The notes under the pieces were generated by a model that saw only the letters and a list, made by a program, of their open reading frames with translations, was not told the DNA's origin and searched no databases. From an uncultured bacterium (GTDB lineage: Bacteria > Desulfobacterota_D > UBA1144), in the NCBI GenBank assembly GCA_913050245.1, contig CAJWZJ010000002.1:27011-91010 (forward strand): a stretch of 64,000 nucleotides of DNA, written 5' to 3'. The first letter of the stretch is position 1. The number at the start of each line of letters is the position of its first letter. A program made the translations under genes and the position numbers. Shown here in pieces: positions 57,153 through 64,000 of the stretch.

Positions 57153-57563
57153 ATGAATTTTGATTGGAAATCTTTTAGAATGAATGAGCAGATAATTCTT
57201 GGATCCTTTGCAATTGCGGTTTTGTCAATGTTTCTTCCATGGGTTAATTTGGAGATTATGACTCTTAATGGATTCCAGCAACAAGGATATATCTTCTTAG
57301 TTGCTTTAATTTATCCTGTTATTTTTATTCTTAGAGGAGCAAAATATAATAGTTTAATTGCTCTAATTTTAGCGGTAATAACAGTCATCTTAACAATTTG
57401 GTTTATATCCACAAAAAGTCTTGAACTTTATGATGGCCAAAGTGTTAATGTTTCTGGCTCAGGTTTATGGCTATTCCTTATATGCATAATAGCATTCACT
57501 TTTTCTCTTTATAAAGAACTAGGAGAAGATGATGATTATGATTATGATGATGAAGAGGATTAA
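57153..57563 (+). CDS. Four-TM membrane protein with an acidic tail, unknown function
   Basis: It starts 1 nt after the lipoprotein gene stop, has hydrophobic segments and a C-terminal GEDDDYDYDDEED. Confidence 0.5.
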   Translation: MNFDWKSFRMNEQIILGSFAIAVLSMFLPWVNLEIMTLNGFQQQGYIFLVALIYPVIFILRGAKYNSLIALILAVITVILTIWFISTKSLELYDGQSVNVSGSGLWLFLICIIAFTFSLYKELGEDDDYDYDDEED

Positions 57564-57586
57564 AATTTTATAGAATTTAGTTTGAA

Positions 57587-58891
57587 TTATTTCTTAAAAG
57601 GATCTTCAACCTCTGGATGCCAAAGAGCAAAGTGCTTTTTATGATTTTCAGTATAAGAACCTTCAGGATAAAAATGATCATAAAAATCTAAATCTATATG
57701 ATGATTTTGAACCATCATTCTGCAATACATGGAATCAGAAAAAGCAGGGAACCTACCATAAGTTTCATATAAATAAGTACAAATATCTTTAACAATTTCT
57801 ATTTCTTTTTTGGAAGGCCTAGGGGTACTTTTTAAAACACCGGTTGGATCTTTATAGGGCATAAACTTTTCTTCCCAGTTTGACCATTTCATATCATTAA
57901 ATGCTTCAACTGCTTCATTCATATTTGAATAATATGGAGGAGAATATGCTTCAAATAGTCCATCGAGTCCTACAGGAGCCTTGGAGACAGCTTCACCCCA
58001 ATCTTCTTTTGATTCAACACATGTAAATCCTAGTCCTTTATAATTTTTATCCGCCCCTAGCATGTATCTACTTTGAAAACCACTAAACATCCAACCACCT
58101 AATCCTAAAATTTGTTGCGTTAAAGCAACGTTCTGACAAAACATTGGTTGCTCAGCAATATAACCATTTGCAAATCTTAATTCTGCTTCTATAAGTGGTA
58201 CAGGCTTAGATGTATCTATGTAGCCATCATCTATCCACTTTTGTGTTCCTGCTGGCTTCATTTTTTTTAGCTCGTCTATAAAATGAAATCTGTGCCCATC
58301 ACGCATATAGAAAAAAAGAATGTTAATCAGTCCTGCACTTAGGTCTGTGACAGGCATCATTAAAGTTGTACCTGGCTTATTAACACTCCACGTATTATGA
58401 ATCGCAAGTCCTGGCGGCACTTGTGGTAAATCTGCTCTACCATCATGAATTTTAATCCTGGATTTTTTAAAAAGCTCGAGAATTTTTTCTATTTTTTTCT
58501 CCTTGGTCAATCCCTCAATTCCTTTAAGATCGGATGGTAATTGATCATGGAGCTTAACCAGATAAAGCCCATTATCGTTTGTATAGAACAGTTCTGTTCT
58601 ATGTATATCTCCAAGAGATGCTATTGTTTTACTCATAAATTTGACTTCTAGATCTAGGCCTTTATGAGGAGGAAAATCTGAAAGATTTATATTTTTAATT
58701 CCTAATCCATTCCACACAAGTATTGCTTCTTCAATTTCACTCAAGGGAAAAGGCTTGTGTTTTGATTTATATTTTAGTGGACCTTCATCTATTTCGCCGC
58801 CCATAGCAAATCTTCTTGAACGTCTTTCATATAATGTATCTATGAAAGAATGATTAATAGCAAATTCTACACCAGGCGGAAGTTTTGACAT
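57587..58891 (-). CDS. Hypothetical 434-aa protein with nitroreductase-superfamily-like N-terminal motif
   Basis: LYERRSRRFAMGG resembles the RRSxRxF motif of nitroreductase-fold proteins, and there is a later ILGLGGWMFSGF segment. I recognise no other family match. Confidence 0.35.
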   Translation of the reverse strand: MSKLPPGVEFAINHSFIDTLYERRSRRFAMGGEIDEGPLKYKSKHKPFPLSEIEEAILVWNGLGIKNINLSDFPPHKGLDLEVKFMSKTIASLGDIHRTELFYTNDNGLYLVKLHDQLPSDLKGIEGLTKEKKIEKILELFKKSRIKIHDGRADLPQVPPGLAIHNTWSVNKPGTTLMMPVTDLSAGLINILFFYMRDGHRFHFIDELKKMKPAGTQKWIDDGYIDTSKPVPLIEAELRFANGYIAEQPMFCQNVALTQQILGLGGWMFSGFQSRYMLGADKNYKGLGFTCVESKEDWGEAVSKAPVGLDGLFEAYSPPYYSNMNEAVEAFNDMKWSNWEEKFMPYKDPTGVLKSTPRPSKKEIEIVKDICTYLYETYGRFPAFSDSMYCRMMVQNHHIDLDFYDHFYPEGSYTENHKKHFALWHPEVEDPFKK

Positions 58892-58934
58892 ATCTATATT
58901 TTAACTCAAAATAACTAAAGCTTGTATTATTAAT

Positions 58935-59465
58935 ATGAAAAATGAACTAAAGCAATATTTAAAAGATTTATCAATACTTAATGGAGAGTTTACTTTATCT
59001 TCTGGAGAAAAAAGTAACTACTATATTGATGCCAGAGTTTGTTCGTTGTCTTCTGCCCCACTAAACCTAATCTCTAAAATTTTTTATAATATCATTAAAG
59101 ACAGAGGTATTAATTTTGTTGGCGGCCCAACCATTGGAGCGGACCCCATTGTTGGTGCAATTTTGATTCAATCTGCTTTGGACAATTATAATTTAAATGG
59201 ATTTCTTGTAAGATCATCTGATAAAGAGCATGGAACAAAAAAATCTATTGAAGGGGTTAGCATAAAAGGTAAAAGCGTAATATTAGTTGAAGACGTTGTA
59301 TCTACAGGTGGATCATTGATAAAAGCAATAGAAAAACTACGATCTCAAGATTCAAAGGTAAATTCTATATTATCAATAGTTGATAGAGAAATGGGTGCAG
59401 ATTCAAAATTTTTAGATATGGGTATTGATTATTTGCCACTATTTCATATATCCGAACTAGTTTAA
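58935..59465 (+). CDS. pyrE: Orotate phosphoribosyltransferase (short form)
   Basis: PRPP-binding motif VILVEDVVSTGGS and an N-terminal FTLSSGEKSNYYID. Confidence 0.85.
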   Translation: MKNELKQYLKDLSILNGEFTLSSGEKSNYYIDARVCSLSSAPLNLISKIFYNIIKDRGINFVGGPTIGADPIVGAILIQSALDNYNLNGFLVRSSDKEHGTKKSIEGVSIKGKSVILVEDVVSTGGSLIKAIEKLRSQDSKVNSILSIVDREMGADSKFLDMGIDYLPLFHISELV

Positions 59466-62400
59466 TAAATTAAATCTTCTTTTAAAATCAATAAGAGTTA
59501 AATACAAACAAGGTATTAAAAATAAAGTTATAAAAGTTGCAATTACAAGACCAACACCTAAAGATATTGCCATTGGCGCAAGGTATGCAGCTTCACCCCT
59601 GGTTTCAAACATTAAAGTAAGTAGGCCCCCAAAGGTAGTAAGAGTCGTTAATATTACAGCCCTAAATCTATTCTTAGCTGAAATAAAAACTGCAAATCCA
59701 TAAAGATTATTTTTTACACCTTTGTTTATGAAATTCATTAAGAGCAGACTGTCATTTATAACAACACCTATTAGTGCGACCATACCTATTAATCCAGTTA
59801 TGGAAATAGGATCCCCTCTTAAAAGAATACCAAATGTCACACCTATCAAGCAGAAAGGGACAATAGACATTATTAACAGTGGCTGGATATATGATCTTAA
59901 TATTGTTGCCAATATAAGATAAATTAATAAAATTGCAATTACTGAAGCTCTTTTTACACTATTCAAAGACTCTCTCGTATCTTGTTCTTCTCCGTCTAAA
60001 GCAATTTTATATCCAGGATAATCATCTTTAATATCATCATAAAATTTAAGCGATGAATTTATTACATCTCTTGGGGTTGTAATATCGCCATCCACTTCAG
60101 CTGTTACGCTCGCAGCCCTTTGTCTATTAAAGCGAGAAATAGTAAGAAGATCAGAGTTTAAGACTATATCCGTAAAATTACCGATTGGAACAAATTCTTG
60201 ATTTTTATTTAAAACTAAGTGATTGGACAAGCTCATTACAGAGTTATTATTTTCTTCTAATTCATATTTTACTTTTATTATTGCTTTTTCATCATTAATT
60301 CTTGTCTCATCAATTTCTAACCCATCTATAAGAGCCCTAATTTCTCTTCCTACTGTTATAGTATTTAATCCATATTGCTGTGCTTTTTCCTCATTGATTC
60401 TCAAATTTGCCTGAGGTTTTCCATATGACAAATTATCGTTTACACCAAACACCCCATTCTGACTTTTTAAAAAATTCTTAAATTTAAATGATATTTCTGA
60501 AAGTATTTTGGTATCGTCTCCTATAATACGAATATCAACATCTTTTCCCTTTGGAGGCCCTGTAGTTTCCACAAATTCAATTGCAGATGGTCCAATTACA
60601 TTTTCATCAACATATTTCTGAACTTTTTTCATTGATTGAAGTCCGTTCTCTTTTCTTTGCTCAAAATCTTTAAATTGTACTAGTATATTTGATACATGAT
60701 CTCCAAACCCAGGTGGTTTCTTAGAAAAATCTACACCAACTGTAGTTAATGAATTATTTTTTAGGTTTATATTTGTATTATCATCAATAATTTTTTCAAT
60801 TTCTTTTGATTTCATAAGGGTTGATTCAAGGCTGTAGCTAGTTGGGTTTTGGATTTTTACTAAATATTGATTTATATCTGAGGAGTATAGCAAAACAAAT
60901 GGAATTTTATATAAAGCCCCAACACAAACAAAGAAAACAACTACAAAAATTCCAATTATTTTATATTTGACTCTTAATGCGGAAATTAAAACATAAAGAT
61001 ATTTTCTTCTAAATTTATCAAAATATTTTGAAAAAATTCCAACTTTCTCAGAAGTTCTTACAAACTCAGCACAGTGTGATGGAAGAATTGTAAGTGCTTC
61101 AACTAAAGAAAAAATAAGGGCAAAAATCGCAACAGTGGGAATGATAGATAAAAATATTCCTAAAGTTCCCTCAGCTAAAAGTATTGGAAAAAGTGATGCT
61201 ATATTTGTAAGTACTGTAGCTATTACAGGCCAAGCAACCTCTTGGGCGCCCATTATTGCGGCCTTGGCAGGTTCAATTCCTTTTTGTATATACCGCTTAA
61301 TATTTTCAACAACAATTATTGCATCATCAACAACAATGCCCAGCACCATAATCAATCCGAACATCGTTATTACATTTAAAGTATTGCCTGTATATTGCAT
61401 TAGAATGAATGCACCAAAAAATGCGACAGGGAGCCCTAAAGCAGCTAAGAATGCTGATCTAAAGTCCAAGAACAAAGCTAAAACTATTAATACAGCAATT
61501 ATTCCATATATCCCTGTTTTAATCATTGAATCAAATCTACCTTTAACCCAATATGATGAATCATTTGATATAAAAACCTTTATATTTTCTGGAGATGATT
61601 CAATAAATTTTTTTGTAATTTTTTTTATTTCTTCAACTGCTTCAATTGCATCTTTACCCTTTTGCTTTTCAATCCAAAACGAAACAGAGTCCATACTGTT
61701 TATTCTTGATAAGCTTAAATCATCTTGTTGTCCTAAATAGATATTAGCTATATCTTTTAATCTTAACGTAGTTCCATTAGATAAATTTTTTAAGGGAATT
61801 TGCTCGATGTCTTTTTTATCTTGAATTTTCCCTTCGGTACGAACAGTAAATTCTTGATCACCTAAGTTTACAGCACCCGCCGGTAAATCAACATTTTTAT
61901 TTTTTATTTGATTTACAATAGTATCTAGCCTTATTTCATATTGAATTAATTTTTTTGGATCTATTTTTATCCAAAAAACTAAATCCCCATATCCCGAAAC
62001 TATTAAACTTTCGACAGAATTTAATTTTTCTAATTTATTTTTTAAATCCCTTGCATAAAATCTTAATTCATTTTTATTTCCATCGCTTGCTATGGAAACA
62101 TTAATCAGAGGAGCACTACCTTTTACTTCTTTAACTATAGGATCGTCTATATCATCTGGTAATTCATTTTTAATTTGTGATATTTCTGATCTGATTTCTT
62201 GGGCAATTCTATTGGTATCTTCGCCTGCTAAGAGTTCAGCAATAACAAATGATCGTGACTCACTTGATTCAGATTTAATATTTTTAATTCCGGATATTGA
62301 AGATATTTTATCCTCAATGGGTATTGTTATAAGTTTTTCAATATCTTCTGCGCTTGAATTTTCATATACGGTTGAGACGGTTACTTTTTCAAAACCAATA

Positions 62401-62516
62401 GAAGGAAATAATTCCTTAGGTAATCCAAAACCTATATATAAACCAAAAATAATTATTGTAGCCATAAGTAGATTAGCAAAAACAGGATTTTTGACTGAGT
62501 ATTCGATGATTTTCAT
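59457..62516 (-). CDS. RND efflux transporter permease (AcrB/HAE family)
   Basis: 1019 aa with a 12-TM pseudo-repeat layout, NPVFANLLM at the N-terminus, and GLIMVLGIVVDDAIIVVENI. Confidence 0.88.
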   Translation of the reverse strand: MKIIEYSVKNPVFANLLMATIIIFGLYIGFGLPKELFPSIGFEKVTVSTVYENSSAEDIEKLITIPIEDKISSISGIKNIKSESSESRSFVIAELLAGEDTNRIAQEIRSEISQIKNELPDDIDDPIVKEVKGSAPLINVSIASDGNKNELRFYARDLKNKLEKLNSVESLIVSGYGDLVFWIKIDPKKLIQYEIRLDTIVNQIKNKNVDLPAGAVNLGDQEFTVRTEGKIQDKKDIEQIPLKNLSNGTTLRLKDIANIYLGQQDDLSLSRINSMDSVSFWIEKQKGKDAIEAVEEIKKITKKFIESSPENIKVFISNDSSYWVKGRFDSMIKTGIYGIIAVLIVLALFLDFRSAFLAALGLPVAFFGAFILMQYTGNTLNVITMFGLIMVLGIVVDDAIIVVENIKRYIQKGIEPAKAAIMGAQEVAWPVIATVLTNIASLFPILLAEGTLGIFLSIIPTVAIFALIFSLVEALTILPSHCAEFVRTSEKVGIFSKYFDKFRRKYLYVLISALRVKYKIIGIFVVVFFVCVGALYKIPFVLLYSSDINQYLVKIQNPTSYSLESTLMKSKEIEKIIDDNTNINLKNNSLTTVGVDFSKKPPGFGDHVSNILVQFKDFEQRKENGLQSMKKVQKYVDENVIGPSAIEFVETTGPPKGKDVDIRIIGDDTKILSEISFKFKNFLKSQNGVFGVNDNLSYGKPQANLRINEEKAQQYGLNTITVGREIRALIDGLEIDETRINDEKAIIKVKYELEENNNSVMSLSNHLVLNKNQEFVPIGNFTDIVLNSDLLTISRFNRQRAASVTAEVDGDITTPRDVINSSLKFYDDIKDDYPGYKIALDGEEQDTRESLNSVKRASVIAILLIYLILATILRSYIQPLLIMSIVPFCLIGVTFGILLRGDPISITGLIGMVALIGVVINDSLLLMNFINKGVKNNLYGFAVFISAKNRFRAVILTTLTTFGGLLTLMFETRGEAAYLAPMAISLGVGLVIATFITLFLIPCLYLTLIDFKRRFNLLN

Positions 62517-62517
62517 A

Positions 62518-63612
62518 CTAATTTTTTAGCTCGACTGGTTGACCATCTTCAAGAGTGGATTGCCCTTCATATATAATTCTCAAATCTAGTTGATCATCAT
62601 AATTCTTTATTGCGCAGTTTTTACTATCTATCCAAATTGGTTCAACAATTTTTTTATAAGCATAGCCTTCCATGTAGTAATAAATATAAAAAATATCTTT
62701 TTCGTTAATTACTGCTTTAGATGGAAATACAAAATAATTTGAAAACTCTTCTAATTCAAGTTGAACGTCAACTACTTCTCCAGGAATCATTATTTCACTA
62801 TCATTATTTATTTCAAATTCAAGAACGTATGAAAAAACCTCTTTATTTAACTCTTTACTTACTCCAAGAAACTTAGCCTCATAAATTTCATTTTTATAAT
62901 TTATTTTAATATCTTTCAAAGAAGAACTTATTTTTTTGATATCCTCAGACCTTAAACTAACCTTACCAATCAGCTTGTCAAAATTAGAAAATTGAACAAT
63001 CTCACTTCCGGCAACTATTTTTTGACCTACATCAAAATAATACTTATTCACATAACCATCAAAAGGAGCACGAATATTTAAATTATCAAATTCCCAAAGT
63101 ATTCTTTTATAAATAGACTCTCTATTGTCGTAATCAGATTTCGCTTTTCTGTACATATTCTCCTGTGATTGCAATTCGTTTTTGGAGATAATATCTTTTT
63201 CGAAAAGTGAAATTGAGTTTTTATAATTTTTTGTTTCTTCATCAAGTATTGCTTTAAAACCCGAAAGGCTATCCTTAACTTCCTTTAGTTGTAAAAGTTT
63301 TCTTGTATCTGTCATAGTGACTATCAGATCACCTTTTTTGATTTTTGAACCAATAGGGAACTTCTTTTCTTGTATAATACCGTCTACTTCTGCAACTATT
63401 GTTATTTCCTTTTCGCTATACAATTTAGCGAAAACATTAATTTTATTAGTGAAATTGCCCGGAAAAGCATCAAAAACTCTTACTTTAGCAAGATTTTGTT
63501 CTTTTTTGATATTATTTGCTATCCTATTGCCAAATTGAAAATAATATAAACTAAATATTACAGCAATTACTAATATTAAAACGATAGTAAAGTTCTTTTC
63601 TTTAAAGCGCAT
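62518..63612 (-). CDS. RND efflux periplasmic adaptor (membrane fusion protein)
   Basis: N-terminal TM anchor, a coiled-coil middle and lipoyl/beta-barrel-like flanks. It lies 1 nt upstream of the RND gene. Confidence 0.7.
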   Translation of the reverse strand: MRFKEKNFTIVLILVIAVIFSLYYFQFGNRIANNIKKEQNLAKVRVFDAFPGNFTNKINVFAKLYSEKEITIVAEVDGIIQEKKFPIGSKIKKGDLIVTMTDTRKLLQLKEVKDSLSGFKAILDEETKNYKNSISLFEKDIISKNELQSQENMYRKAKSDYDNRESIYKRILWEFDNLNIRAPFDGYVNKYYFDVGQKIVAGSEIVQFSNFDKLIGKVSLRSEDIKKISSSLKDIKINYKNEIYEAKFLGVSKELNKEVFSYVLEFEINNDSEIMIPGEVVDVQLELEEFSNYFVFPSKAVINEKDIFYIYYYMEGYAYKKIVEPIWIDSKNCAIKNYDDQLDLRIIYEGQSTLEDGQPVELKN

Positions 63613-63725
63613 ATTTACTTAAATATACATGATTTTGATATATAAAAATCTTGCATTTTACTAATTAAAAAACTATATTAGAAGAAACAGTAATATTATA
63701 CATCTGTTTTATACAGGAGGCTTTT

Positions 63726-64000
63726 ATGGCTGCATTAACAAAATCTCAAATAGCAAGTGCAATTGCTGAAAACTTAGGAATTTCTAAAGCTGATGCGAAT
63801 AGATATTTAGAATCTTTTGCTGCATTGGCATGTTCCGAAGCTAAAAATAACGGATCATTTACACTACCAGGACTAGGAAAATTAGTTTTGGTGGACAGAA
63901 AAGCTAGGCAAGGGAGAAACCCTCAAACTGGTGAAGTAATTCAAATACCTGCAAAGAAGGTTGTTAAGTTTAGAGTTTCTAAGGCTTGTAAAGATTCTGT
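63726..64000 (+). CDS. HU/IHF-family DNA-binding protein (3' end beyond the window)
   Basis: Hand translation from ATG 63726 (AGGAGG upstream): MAALTKSQIASAIAENLGISKADANRYLESF...RKARQGRNPQTGEVIQIPAKKVVKFR. It is not in the ORF track because it runs off the edge. Confidence 0.85.
   Translation, partial: MAALTKSQIASAIAENLGISKADANRYLESFAALACSEAKNNGSFTLPGLGKLVLVDRKARQGRNPQTGEVIQIPAKKVVKFRVSKACKDS

Noticed and set aside
57521-57563. GAT/GAA-rich microsatellite-like stretch
   Set aside because: It is the in-frame coding sequence for the acidic tail DDDYDYDDEED of the membrane protein. It is an imperfect, short low-complexity stretch rather than a repeat element.
61135-62529. Two long plus-strand ORFs (201 aa and 145 aa) inside the RND pump gene
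   Set aside because: They are shadow frames opposite a 1019-aa AcrB-family gene with clear motifs, and their composition is dominated by I/S/F/P runs. The same reasoning applies to the other antisense ORFs in the track (for example 6172..6703, 41510..41983, 51010..51777, 53540..54025).
1-64000. CRISPR arrays, insertion sequences, prophage, toxin-antitoxin or known defence-system genes
   Set aside because: I saw no regularly spaced direct repeats and no transposase, integrase, recombinase or phage structural motifs in any listed ORF. There is essentially no unassigned intergenic space large enough to hide them. The Sir2-fold gene has none of the partner domains or neighbours of Sir2-based defence systems, and its catalytic motifs are lost.

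Overview
This is a visibly AT-rich, very gene-dense chromosomal core segment. Most intergenic gaps are under 75 bp, and 7 of the 11 convergent gene junctions overlap at their 3' ends. The TonB-dependent receptor, RND efflux pump and Slt lytic transglycosylase indicate a diderm bacterium; I infer a streamlined free-living (planktonic-type) lineage but cannot name the taxon from sequence alone. I support about 66 protein genes, one tRNA-Gln(UUG), one cobalamin riboswitch, one NrdR operator pair and a few hairpin terminators. I found no rRNA, CRISPR array, transposase, integrase, phage or recognisable defence genes, and I did not notice long repeats, although I could not scan for repeats systematically by eye. 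The content is mostly housekeeping: gap-pgk-fbaB/fbp, argC, argH, hisBH, hemL, ispE, ispB-like, gltX, coaE, thiL, pyrE, thyX, nrdAB, atpZ-I-B-E, queC/E/F, cca, ruvX, a sigma-70 factor and HU. The points I think deserve a second look are listed here. (1) A compact cofD-cofE-cofG-cofH deazaflavin F420 cluster, a luciferase-like (possibly F420-dependent) oxidoreductase and a large orphan nitroreductase-like protein. (2) A B12 riboswitch-btuB unit with an unannotated 52-aa ORF, whose promoter -35 box overlaps the cofD start codon. (3) A class Ic-type (Phe-for-Tyr) NrdB paired with a double-ATP-cone NrdA, behind NrdR boxes and a candidate SD-sequestering leader. (4) Intact but motif-dead relics: a pseudo-sirtuin and an adenylate-forming-enzyme remnant. 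(5) An ATP synthase c subunit with a signal-peptide-like extension and a partial Na+-type signature. (6) A DUF805 protein with swapped motif order. I did not find a clear multi-gene novel system. All family calls rest on recalled motifs and gene context, because no database search was possible.
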